Assembly (NCBI GenBank): GCA_951406725.2
Contig: OX597839.1
Span: 15,314,001 to 15,378,000, forward strand
Length of the DNA stretch: 64,000 nucleotides
Origin: Octopus vulgaris
Lineage: Eukaryota
Reading direction: 5' to 3'
Positions 11,631 to 25,450 of the stretch are shown piece after piece. Made by a program: the position numbers and the translations under genes. Under the pieces are notes generated by a model that saw nothing but the letters and a program-made list of their open reading frames with translations, did no database searches and was not told the origin of the DNA. Every line of letters starts with the position of its first letter. Within the stretch, counting starts at the first letter, position 1.

Positions 11631-12610
<980 letters not shown>

Positions 12611-12815
12611 AATTCAAATTATTACATTATATAAAAGGGCTTAGTAAAATAAATTACTTTGCCGCATACTGAACTCATTAGAAATAGCAGCTAAAAAAAC
12701 TTTTTTAAAACTATCTCCAATACTTAAAGAAAATCTCTCTCGTATAGTGTTTGCTCAATTCAACTCACGAAAGTATGAGGGTAGAGACATTAAAAAATCA
12801 AATGCAAAGGTTATT

Positions 12816-12867
12816 TGAGAACGTACGTTTCAAGATTAGTCAAATCGACACTTCTATCATCAGCTCA
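12816..12867 (-). ncRNA. Type I hammerhead ribozyme (family B), copy 1
   Basis: UGAG CUGAUGA U AGA AGU GUC GAUUU GAC UAA UCU U GAAA CGUACG UU CUCA. Confidence 0.8.
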
Positions 12868-13373
12868 GAACTCCCTGGTTTGGATTTGAAAACACTGAAA
12901 GCGGGAGCATACCCTTTCGGCCTGTTATCGCTTCTGAAGATCTGTTCAAAACTAACAGTGTTAGCAAATTCAAATATGCAAACGAAGAATTTCTGCTCTC
13001 CCCTTTCCACCAGCGTGGGTTAAAATCAGCAAACATTATGCTTTTTTTCGGTAAAATCCGAGGCATTATATAGAGAGAGATGAATTATAATTTCAACAAT
13101 TGAGGGTAAAATTAATTAATTAATCAATTTCACCAAGTATTCAGTATACAAAGGGACCATTTAAGGCGAATTCAAATTATTACATTATATAAAAGGGCTT
13201 AGTAAAATAAATTACTTTGCCGCATACTGAACTCATTAGAAATAGCAGCTAAAAAAACTTTTTTAAAACTATCTCCAATACTTAAAGAAAATCTCTCTCG
13301 TATAGTGTTTGCTCAATTCAACTCACGAAAGTATGAGGGTAGAGACATTAAAAAATCAAATGCAAAGGTTATT

Positions 13374-13425
13374 TGAGAACGTACGTTTCAAGATTAGTCA
13401 AATCGACACTTCTATCATCAGCTCA
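13374..13425 (-). ncRNA. Type I hammerhead ribozyme (family B), copy 2
   Basis: Same sequence as 12816-12867, offset by 558 bp. Confidence 0.8.
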
Positions 13426-13554
13426 GAACTCCCTGGTTTGGATTTGAAAACACTGAAAGCGGGAGCATACCCTTTCGGCCTGTTATCGCTTCTGAAGATC
13501 TGTTCAAAACTAACAGTGTTAGCAAATTCAAATATATTTACATATATATATATT

Positions 13555-13594
<40 letters not shown>

Positions 13595-13713
13595 CATATA
13601 TATATATTTACATATATATATATGCATGTATGTATGTATGTATGTATGTAAGTAAGTACACACAGAGAAATAATAACTTTAATTCAAGGATAGAATATAT
13701 AAATATTTACTAC

Positions 13714-13846
13714 ATCGCTACGCGCATTTCCATAAATCACATGACTTCAACATCAGAGTCCGTATCTTTTGGATGAGTACAGTATTGTCCGTATTATCCC
13801 TGAGCATCCGGTTTGTCATCATCATTGATTCATGTTATCAGGCGAT
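13714..13846 (-). ncRNA. Degenerate type I hammerhead with a large stem-II insertion (family C)
   Basis: AUCGC CUGAUAA CAUGAAUCA [86 nt] UGAUUUAUG GAAA UGCGCG UA GCGAU. Confidence 0.6.
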
Positions 13847-14385
13847 ATTGCATTAACGGATGAATCACAGAGGGTTATTTTTCCCTTCTTGCCAGTATGA
13901 AGGCTGATCTATGTGAGTATTTCTGTATGCACTTGCTTGGGGGATGTAGGTGATGGGAGTAGGGGTAGGAATGGTAGTAATATGGGGATGGAGGTGTGTA
14001 TGGTGGTGTTGGATTTATTTCCTATTCATTTTGCAGATTTTAATGATGGTCACTCAGCAGATTTAAGGATTAGTCATATGATTTGTGGAAACGCGCGTAG
14101 CAACGTATTAAATATTTATAATTGTCCATCCTAGTATTATTGTTATAATTATATGTATCATATCCATTGGTATATCCAATTATATGTATCCTATCCTATC
14201 CATCGGTATAACCATGATGCAACCCCGAAAAACTGACTCACCAGTATCATTTGACGGCAGCTAGCATAATGAAATACGAGCTTTATTTGCATACCCTTAA
14301 TGTTACCTAAACAAATTTAAAAGATTTATATACATACATATATATATATAAACACACACACACACATATATACATACATACATAC

Positions 14386-14416
<31 letters not shown>

Positions 14417-14417
14417 C

Positions 14418-14471
<54 letters not shown>

Positions 14472-15124
14472 GGGATAGCAGTGTTTCTTATCTTATTTTA
14501 AACATATCAGTTAATCGAAGTTTTTCAACTTGGTACATTACGTGACATTCAACCGCATTGATATTTAGACTGCAGGACGCTCCCCTGAAGTATTTTTCCT
14601 AAGCCATATTATGAATATATTATGACACATTTAAATAGGTAACGTAAGCTTTTCTCCCTAATATCATTGCGTTTGGGTATCTTATCAAGTGTTGTGATTC
14701 TTTCTTTCCTCCCCTTCCTTCTTCGTCTTCTCTGTGTGTGTACCTGTGTATATTTGAGCATTTTGTATTTGAGCGAATAAATATGTATACTTGGACATGC
14801 ACATGTTTACGTATACTAATGTGTATTACATAGTTGGCTTTATGCGTATTTCGTTAGCAGACTTATCACAGCTGCTTTGAATATTGATGCCGGCATATTT
14901 TAAAGTGAAACGTCCCGTCTAGAACAGTGGAGAGCAAAAAAAAAAGTGCTGAATGTTCTTTTAGACAAATTCTTATCAACATATTGTTTTAAATGACTCC
15001 TCTCTCTTTCTCAGTGAAAATAACAAAACCACATACAATATTAAAATCAAAACTCCTACACAAATTTCACACAGAATTTATTTAGTTCTCGCCAAATGCG
15101 TCACATAGACGGCATAAACGGAAG

Positions 15125-15171
<47 letters not shown>

Positions 15172-15599
15172 AGACAGAAGGGAAGTTAGTAGATAATGAC
15201 TCCCACGGCCATTACTCAGAGTTTCATCGACACGTAGGAACATGCTTAATTCTTTAGATGCTCTTGGAGAGTAAAGCGAGACCCTTAGTGATCGCTGGTT
15301 ATCTATACTCCCATAAGTTATACCTTATAACCCGACAGAACCCAATGTAAGCTGCTACTTATCACTGCAAAATTCTTAAAGACTTAGCGAAGGCCAACTG
15401 CCGAGATATTTACTTTTCCTTTGTCAGAGCGGTAACTACTTGTTTCACAAGGGAATCATTTTCTGAGTTGCTTTGTTAGAACTGAGTTTGGATTAAAGTT
15501 CATTTGTGACGAAAGAAATTATTTCGTATTTCTTGTCGAGGGATACTGCATCTTGTTTTAGGATGTGAAGTTTTCAGCCAAGTAGAACTAGCAATTACA

Positions 15600-16900
15600 T
15601 TTCCTATAGATGATAGAGAGGCCTTGTCAACATTAGTCTAGACTATAGTAGAGCAGTCATATTCTTGGCTCCTGGACTTCCAAATGGAACAGGAGAGAGA
15701 AGTGCATTATGTTGACCAGGCTATTCATTGAAATTATTTTGTTTGTCATGAACCCCAAATAGCTCTTGTTGACACCATGTAGAGGGGAGAGAGTATAGTT
15801 CTATATAATTCGATCTTGGGTGGGTACATTCTTCGAGAAGACAAGAGGTTTGTGGTCGGTAGTTGCAAGTGAGTCGTTCAGTTGAAGGCAGTATAGATGT
15901 CTTTTTAATTGTGGCGTGCATTTGTTAAAGCGGTGTTGTTTTATCAAGAGAATCCCACCTTAACATATATCGACTTCTTGCAGTAGTGTTTACTTGTTTT
16001 AAGATCTAGTGTAATATCTACGATATTAACTTCTGCTATAATGTCGGAGATAGGCATATTCAAGGGATTTGTCTTAAACATAACTATCAGATTTTTCCTA
16101 AATCAATTTATGCTTTGATTTTTCATATTACATGAGCTTCTCTATTCATCATCTCTACAAAATTGAGACCTGTGAGGGTGTTTGTTTCTTATGGATGTCA
16201 GTGACAAATGATCCCACAGAACATGCCACCTGAACACTCTTAAAGATTCACTGGAGTTGTCGAAGAGTAGGTACCTTACTAAAGGAGATCATTATACGAC
16301 AGTCACTACGTAATGTTCATAATTTTTCTAGTGTAGTGGTCAATGTTTCGCAGCTACTGTGGCTTTTAGGAAAAGAATATTCAATATAGATGAGAAGCCT
16401 ACAAGAAGTTTGGTAAACTTACAAGCGGTTTTGCTTCCGATGCTGTGGGACCACTTGATCGGTCGTATGACATTGGAAACAAAGCAATGGAATTGTGACG
16501 ATACCATAGTTCTTTTGATCTAACTTCGTATCACTTCTAATTCACTGCTTGATGTCGGGAACGTCTTTACTGACTGCATAATCAATTCCTTTTTATGGGG
16601 TTTATTTATTAGCCCAAAGTGGCGTTAGAGAGGAAATTGGATCTGTGGCTTTTCTTAGTAATAGAAGGTTCAAATGGCTATGCGATCTACTCTTTCTAAC
16701 AGAACAGCTAGCTTTCTCTCCACGGTGCTTATGGTGTATTTATGCAGTGGGGATGGTTTTCTTATAAGTTTTGGAGACGTAGTTAACTAGAGGTCTGCTG
16801 TTCGTTGCAATATCTAGTCCATGTACATATTTTGTTTTATCGGCGATGATGTGTATTTATTGGAGATTGCTCAAAACATGTCCTTTTGTTGTTCGACATT
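15600..16900 (-). pseudogene. Highly decayed LTR-retrotransposon pol relic (possible)
   Basis: TTDHKPLV (RNase H C-terminal motif) readable at ~15841-15864; the rest is fragmentary and boundaries are rough. Confidence 0.35.
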
Positions 16901-17117
16901 TGTAAGAAATTATTAAATTTCTGATATGTTTGAAAAAACATATCGATTAGATATTTACATTCAAAATATCCACTAGTTAGAGTAAAGTTTCTAAATTTCG
17001 GGGGTGCATATACAAAATCTTGGTTCAGTAGTTTCGCGTGACTGAAATTTATATATATATGTATATATATGTATATATGTATGTATATATCTATCTTTAT
17101 ATATATATTTATATATA

Positions 17118-17849
<732 letters not shown>

Positions 17850-17870
17850 ATTAATTTATTATATAGAAGG

Positions 17871-17921
17871 AGCTTCTACAGGACTAGAACTGTTTCATTC
17901 AAGAGAAATCTTCAGGAAGCT
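17871..17921 (-). ncRNA. Type I hammerhead ribozyme (family A), second full copy in (TA)n
   Basis: AGCUUC CUGAAGA U UUC UCUU GAA U GAAA CAG UUCUAGUC CUG UA GAAGCU. Confidence 0.85.
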
Positions 17922-17926
17922 CTATA

Positions 17927-18017
<91 letters not shown>

Positions 18018-18030
18018 CCCCACCATTTAT

Positions 18031-18087
<57 letters not shown>

Positions 18088-20205
18088 TATATAAACTGAT
18101 AAGTGCTGTGAGGACAGCTTAAAGAAACGAGTAATTACTCTTCAGAAGACGGAAAAAGTCGCCGGCAAGCCTCCACAGTGAATCGAACAATGCGTCTTTT
18201 AAATTTCATTTGAGCGGTCTAAGCATTAAGCGAAGAGAATTTAAAAGGTACAGGGTTTAATTCCTTGTGGTGGCTTGCTGGCGACTTTTTCTATCTTCTA
18301 CAGAGTATTTACCCGATTTTTTTAGCTATCTTCACAGCCTCCCTGCGTACGCGAACACCTCTATTTTTTATATATACATATATATTATATTACGAGTATA
18401 TTATATGCTGTTACCGAGACCACAAGGAAAGAAAAAGTTTGAAGGATTTTACTTTGTAACAAAAAAAAAAAAGAATTAAAAGTTGTGTAAATTAAGAATA
18501 AACTATACAGGATCTTCAAACTTGTATGAAAAATGATCCTCTCCCCTCTGATGACATATTTCCCGCGAGGGACAAATCAAGTATATATATTTGTATATAT
18601 ATTTGTGTGTGTGTGTGTGTGTGTGTATGATCGAGATAAGAGCGCGATAAAAATTTTAGACGAATGCAGGGTAATCAAGAGAAATTCCTTTAGGGTGAGG
18701 TGAGCTACGATAGAAATATTCATTGAAGAACGGGAAATAGCTGCGCTAGTAGCTGTTGGATATTTCGGAGAGAAAACCTAGATTGATGAGTTAGACAGAC
18801 TTCAAGTCAGAGTATATTCGTTTTTGTTGCTGATAACCGAATGAGAGAACACCTTCCTCATGGGAGACGGAATACACGATGTAGCTTGGACTGCAGAGGT
18901 AGTCTACAGATACATATTAACCCAACAAGGAAGTAGCCGGTTATGAAGCTAACGTGGGGCTACTAATGTGGTTATGTTTAATATACTCTTTAATGTATGT
19001 AGTCGTGTTGAGGTGTTTAATCTAGGTAATAAATATGTTTAACTGTTTAATTCTGGAATCAATGTAAGTATACCCCACGTGTTGCCGATTCCGATATCAG
19101 CGTGAAACTCCTTTATCTAGTACCATGTGTGAGATGATGATGCTGGGGGAGGGAAAGATGTATAATTAATCTGGCACCAACAAACGTGATGTATCTGAAT
19201 GGTCTGGCGCCGCCGCGTCAGCTGGGGCAGGAAAAACCCTACAGAGGAAGAAAGATCACAATTACATCATTTAAATTGGACCTTCTCGTTTATCATTTCA
19301 TATTTTGTTATAAAATAAGTGAAATTATGACTAGTCTAATGTGATATAAATTTTACTTCCCGGTGGAATTTATTTTCGTTTTATTAACACAAAATAGCTG
19401 AATATACATTTGAAAGCCTGACTCATTCTTTGTTGTTGTAAGTGCAATAATTTGAACTAAAAAACCGCAAATAAATAAAATTGTTTTGACTATAGCTTTG
19501 AAATTATTTATAAAAATTAGATGGTTTGCTATATATTTCAGTGTGTGCGTGTGTGATACACGCAGGGAATACCTAATATTTATAAATGAATGTAACAAAT
19601 CCGATTTTTATATAAATTTCAAAATCATTTACGGAGACAGCTGGAAAGCGAGTACATGCATGCTGTTTGCACCCTACTTTAATTATATGACTGACTTGCA
19701 CTCTTTAGCTTAAGTATGAAGAAATGCTGCACTTCCTTCTCTCTACTTACTCACACACAGGCACACACACACTCAAACGTGTGTGTATGTATGTATGTAT
19801 ATATGTATGTATGTATGTATGTATATTGGAAGTTTCTTTGTACCCGAAGTTCATTCAGAATGAGTGGTACGCCCTCAGGTGACTATGTAAACTGATCCTT
19901 CAACTGTAAGGCTTTTTATCCTGTCTGTGCTGAGTAGTTTAAGGTGAAAGTCAGTCAGCGGAATTTGATCCCACATTTTAGACTTGGACGTCTGACCATT
20001 GTGGTTCAGAGAACTAAGACGGCTCAGTGACCATGAAACCGTGTATGTATGTATTCACAAACCAGTTGCAGAATTCTTTAGAATCTAGGTACTTTACTGT
20101 TCAGGACACCGGGAATGAGTCGAGCTCCACATTTATTGAGGTACCAAATATATACGACACACTATACGCGTACATATACAGATATACACACAGACATTTA
20201 TCTCT

Positions 20206-20275
<70 letters not shown>

Positions 20276-20944
20276 TTAATTATCCAACATAAGTTACAGA
20301 GATGTTTCTAGGCATGGTGTTTATATAATATAAGAACACAAAGGGATTTTAAAGATTTGTTTGGCATCGCTCGAGCGAGGAAGAGATATGAAGAATTTAA
20401 TGGGCTTCAATATATACACATTGAGCAGAGATCAAAGTCGGTAAAATATTGAAAGAACTCTATTACAGTTTATTTGTCTTCAAAGTGAACCTTTAAGATA
20501 ATGAAAGACAAAAACTCAGAGAGAAAAAAGGAAGAAGGATTAAGGTGAAAAGGTGAGAGAAAGAACTACCCTTGTAGATTCAGCATAGATAAGCAAATGT
20601 TCCATATGGCGTCAAAAAGGCTAGTAACCATTCAATACACAACCGCCTCATCCGATGAAAGCGGATTTGTTCATCATTTAATCGATATAGAAACGCTACT
20701 GAACCACTTGTTGTGAATCGTTAAAATTTAATTTGCCTCCGATCCTGTTCGGGTACGTGATATTGATAAACCATAAAAATTGCGAAACTTCAATGTCCAT
20801 CTCTCCTGAATGGGACTTCGGGTGAGTTCATGGGTTTTAACAACCGGCGCTTTGAAAGAGTCATCTCCTACGAGTCATACCGCGGCCGACCGGCGAACAA
20901 GCACGGCACATACATTGTGTATGTGTGTTTATAATATATATATA

Positions 20945-21120
20945 TATATATATAATCCGTTCCGTCAGTCTGTTTGTGCGCTTATAATTCGAGTATTGTT
21001 CATCCGATTGCGCTGAAATTTTAAACATGGATACATGAGAGAGCTGGGTGATCCGTAATCTAAAAAGCTTTTCAAAATCGTTAGTTTCAAAGTGAGAATC
21101 GCTATTTTTGTAATCTTTAA
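20945..21120 (+). mobile_element. Helitron-like 5' fragment (possible)
   Basis: TATATATAAT...GTCTGTTTGT...CCGATTGCGCTGAAATTT layout resembles the 5' part of the 17.1-17.5 kb Helitron. Confidence 0.4.
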
Positions 21121-21299
21121 TGTCCTGTTTGTTCCGCCATTAAAACAACCAGTTGCTCAGACAGCCGGCACATGCCATTTTGTTAGCAACAAGGGGAGTA
21201 CAGGATGACAGTCAGTCAAAACCATCGCAAAGCTGTCTCTCTTTTTCCTCTCTCTGTGGGGTTAATAATCTTAATCTTCAGTTACAGCTTCTCATTCAA

Positions 21300-21362
21300 A
21301 CTACATAACTCGGAATCTTAGGGTTAGTAGCCCGCGCTCTTAGCCACAAAGCCATATGCCCG
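21300..21362 (-). repeat. tRNA-like SINE head fragment
   Basis: GGGCATATGGCTTTGTGGCTAAGAGCGCGGGCTACTAACCCTAAGATTCCGAGTT: A-box and anticodon-arm-like, truncated at the B-box. Confidence 0.5.
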
Positions 21363-21399
21363 TGGGCAATTATGGAATGAATTTTAGGGCTTATAAATC

Positions 21400-21595
21400 T
21401 AATATTCTCCTATCCTTCCATAATACCGGTTCACATATGCTGTTCATATCTGCACTCGGTCTGCTTAGGAGGTTGTTGTATCCTAGCATATGTGCTGCTT
21501 CTTTTAGTTTTTGTATTTTCCAGTGGTGTTCTCTGTCTATTATTTTAACTTCATCTCACAGGGGGAGGTGGTCTCCATTTTTCCATGTACATAAT
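21400..21595 (-). pseudogene. Penelope/Poseidon GIY-YIG C-terminal fragment
   Basis: Reads WKNGDHLPL*DEVKIIDREHHWKIQKLKEAAHMLG. Confidence 0.7.
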
Positions 21596-21629
21596 TCTTC
21601 ATCTCTTAAATATAGAACTGAAATAAAAT

Positions 21630-22756
21630 AAACACCGAAGGATAGAGAAAATATGCGCAACACAAATGCGAACCATTTCTCACTGTGTAACAATGTGTTG
21701 GTGTATGTACAAAGAGTCGTAGTGCCAGCCGCACTACAAAGGCGTTTATCAAGGGAATTTCATACAGGTCACCCAGGGATTTCGGGAATGAAATCACTAG
21801 TGAGAAGTTACGTATATTGGCCTACAATGGACCGTAACATTAAAGAATCAGTGAAATCCAGCAGATGTTATACCCTCACAGCCAAGTCACCACCGATAAA
21901 ATTTCAACCGTGGCCTAAACCGACAATCCATTGACCAGGCTTCATATAGATTTTGCTGTACCAGTAAACTACGCGTATTACCTGATTGTAGTAGATAGTT
22001 ATACTAAGTAGCCGGAAATATGTAGATGTAGGAAACCAACCTCTTCGGTAACAATAGAATTTTTTCATGAACTCTTTGCAAGATATGGTGTCCCGGATAC
22101 CATAATATCCGATAACGGTACTCAGTTTACGGCGTATGAATTTAAAATCTTTTGTAAAATGTATACAGTTGAACACATCTCTACTCCGCCACATCACCCA
22201 CGATCAAACGGGTGAAACGGTTCGTGGATATATTTAAAAAAGCATTGAAGAAATCAAGAAACGATCTTGTCGATGATGCAACATTAACACAATTCTTAAG
22301 GGTTTACAGGATAACACCAAACCCCAACACTTCTACAGGCAAGTCGCCTGCAGAACTAATGTTTGCTCGAAAAATAAAGTCAAATTTTGAGAAGCTGTTA
22401 CCACTAAGAAAAACAAATAGGGAAAACAGTAAAAATACGACAAATTATTTTACTATCGGTGACAAGGTGTTTTTCAAAATACATAGAAATGGAAGAGAAG
22501 TTTGGGAAGCCGGAGTAGTGGCAAAACGAATAGGCAAAATGACGTATATGATAAGAGGTGAAAAATGGGAATACAAAAGACAGTTAAACCAATTGAAAAC
22601 AGATATACGGAAAAAAGAAAAGAGATGCTCATGGAAGTGCTCTACAACACCCTTGATGTTCCAATGCCACCAGAAGTCAAACCTAGGTGTAGCAGCACAA
22701 AAAAGAAGAAACGAACAGAACGGTTGGAAGTAGTGCCTAAACGGAAGAAATATTAA
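21630..22756 (+). pseudogene. Ty3/Gypsy integrase, decayed
   Basis: HTGHPGISGMKSLVRSYVYWP, RLHIDFA, VVDSYTK*PE, FARYGVPDTIISDNGTQF, HPRSNG, YRITPN...GKSPAELMFARKI; contains stops and frameshifts. Confidence 0.9.
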
Positions 22757-22778
22757 ACTTCCCGAGGAAGTAAATCTC

Positions 22779-23026
22779 AAAGAGGGAGGTGTTGTGGCTT
22801 GAGTCATTGACACCCCTGTGAGATTGGAAGAATGGTCTAGCCGGACTCTTACAAAGAGTAGTGTATTGGTTGAGATGGGAGGAGGCGTTGAGTGTTTGTG
22901 AAAGTCGTAGGAAGTCGTTGCGAGTTTGTACTTATTGGAGTAACGTGTTTAGTGGAGTAATTTGAAGTACGTCGTGTGGAGACAGTTGTATCTGACCCCG
23001 CTTCGTGAAATCTCTATATCCAACGT
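22779..23026 (+). mobile_element. Polypurine tract and 3' LTR of the Gypsy relic
   Basis: AAAGAGGGAGG directly followed by TGTTGTGG at 22790; 3' end approximate. Confidence 0.65.
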
Positions 23027-23032
23027 ATAAAA

Positions 23033-23078
<46 letters not shown>

Positions 23079-23631
23079 AAAGATCACTATTCTCAATAAA
23101 TCAAAATAACTATTCTGAGGGTACAGAAAAGTAATAAAAACATTGTTGTGTTAGATTTAACATATTTTAGTTGCTATTCGTTTATATCCCAAAGAATTAC
23201 AATAAACATTGGCTCATATAAATACCCGAGATTCACTCTTACAGTATTCTTCATGTAAAGAACTTTTGACAGGAATTTGAATTCGGAAAAAAATCAGAAG
23301 AAAGAAATGGTTGTAGGCCAGATTTGAATAGGGCTACATTTCCCTTTACTTATACCAATCCGTCATATATTCCGTCCATCCCCACTTCTACTGTTAATTT
23401 GATTGCTTTGTTAATATGTGTCGTTTTGTGTATGTAGGCGTCTGTCTGAATATAGTGTCAGTGTGGGAGGAAGGTAGTATGGTACAGAATGTAGTGTGTG
23501 TATACACATATGCTTATTTTTCAAGTTTACTCATGTAGACCAGTAAGTATATGTCTGTGATGTGTTTAAATGAACATTTTTGTGTGTGTGTACGAACACG
23601 CATGTACACACACATACGCACACACTCTCCT

Positions 23632-23662
<31 letters not shown>

Positions 23663-25269
23663 TACACAGTCATTTTCCATCATCCAGCTGCCTTGTCTTC
23701 TTTTATCTCGACTTCCTTCCTCTGAAATATCAAGTTTTCTGAGAACAGATAGCTTACATAACTTTGTGCCAATTTTTGTTGTACTGTATAGTTTTCTTTT
23801 TTCTTTTGGGTTTTTGCTTGTTACTTATTTATTAGTGAGTGTTTAATTTTAACTTTTAACGTTCAAATAAACAAGAATTCAAAACCAAACCCAGAATGAA
23901 TATCCGCCACCACCACTGACCATTTATTTTCAGCAAACTACGAAAAAAAAATATTATTTCTAAAAAAATCTTTCATTTCCTTTTCATTTAAAACATTTGA
24001 AGAACAAATTCATTTTCTTTTATTACACTTATTTCTTGCAAAGCTTTTTAAAAAAAACGTACCGATGAAAATTCTCATCTGAGTGTGTGTGAAGGGTCAT
24101 TAATTCAAGCAGAATGGCACTTGTTGTTTTAGGAGGATATGCAAGAAACTGAAAGCAGTAAACATTCCAGTAATCTGAACCAGATAGACATCATCTGGAC
24201 GTTTTATCGCTTTCGATTAAGATTAATCTTGAGGTTTTGATCTGATGTTGGTAAATGCTAGTAATGTAATTGTTGCTCAGCTGCAGTTCATCAAATCTGA
24301 TGACGGTAGCCTATAATCAAAGGTATTCTAGCAATGATCATCTCTCTTTTTTTAGGAGCATATGCCAAGGACTACATTATCCAACCTGTTCTTTTCCTTA
24401 TTTAAGAGTGTAGGGAGCTATCAAAGAGATATTTGACTACTATTTCGAGCTGTTGAACCACTATTTGGAGGCAACCTTCAATGGTTCTCGCTAATATTAG
24501 TGTTGGGGCGGTCCTTAAAAGTGGAGATCCAGTTTTACATCGCCAAACTACACCCCGTATAATTTCATTTGATGGTTACTGACGTTATGCTATCAATTGG
24601 GAAGGTAACTCGAGCACGTCCCCTCTGAGGAATTGTCAACAACCTGCAAAACGGCCTCCCAGAGTTTCTTTGTCTCACTTTCTTCTGAACATCGATAGCA
24701 CTGAATGAATGTGCTTACATTCTTATAACTTCCCCAACAGCTAAGGCCTTCTAGCGTGTGAGTGAATGAGTGTGTGTTTTAGTAAACGGTACGTCCAACA
24801 AATTGTATCGTGCTGGACTCACTGTTTTAAATAAAACATCTTGTCACTCGGGTCTAGTTCTTTATCCTAGCCATTTTATCCTAACCATTTTTCTTTGCAA
24901 AAGTAACACCGGGATATTTCAGATGGAAAAAGAAGCAAGATCTACACAACATAAACACGAAAGTAAACAACAACGCGAAGGAAGCATTTAATTTTGTTGT
25001 TGATCTCTTTCTTTTTTTTTTTCATTTTGTGTGTCTTTTTGCATAGATACTATTGGCGCTCAAAGTAAATGATTCTAACTGTTATTTGCCAAATGAAAGT
25101 GGACTGTTTATGTTAACCTTGTTCAATTCCAAGTCACCCCTGGTCGAAAAAAACCTATTGTGGAAAGTGCTTCAGTAGTGAGCATTCCCATCACCATTTA
25201 ATTCACCCTTGGTTCCAATTCAACCTTGCTACTAAAAATGGGTCCCCATATGTACTCTACGTTGTCGGT

Positions 25270-25450
25270 GAACCTGCTAGAAATAGCAGCTAAATCTCCC
25301 TCAATTACACTGTACTATATTAAAGAAGAATACAATGGACAGTGGTGTCTGTGATATACAAAAAGACAAAGTGTTGACAGCTAGAGCGTTTTTAATGAGA
25401 AGTTTAGTGGATCAAGTCTGGCTTGAGAGTGGGATAAACAAAGACAATTC
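25270..25450 (+). repeat. Dispersed ~180-bp repeat family; related copies near 24290-24480, 27760-27930, 28310-28500, 28930-29090, 36140-36350, 36640-36830
   Basis: Shared CTAGAAATAGCAGCYAAATCTCCCTCAA...TGGATAATRTAGTC-like consensus on both strands. Confidence 0.6.

Larger units (their letters stand above)
12611..13535 (-). mobile_element. 558-bp tandem unit (~1.66 copies), one HHR per unit; retrozyme-like non-autonomous element
   Basis: 12611-12977 repeats at 13169-13535 (offset 558, matching the duplicated ORFs at 12751 and 13309); (TA)n flanks. Confidence 0.8.

Noticed and set aside
12751-13023. 90-aa ORF duplicated at 13309
   Set aside because: Non-ATG start, antisense to the ribozyme, no recognisable domain; the duplication just reflects the tandem unit
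18093-18140. CTGATAA...GCTGT-GAGG-ACAGC...GAAACGAGTA hammerhead-like motif
   Set aside because: Core is mutated and there is no convincing stem I or stem III
21300-21362. Genuine tRNA gene
   Set aside because: Truncated at the T-arm with no acceptor-stem partner; better explained as a SINE head
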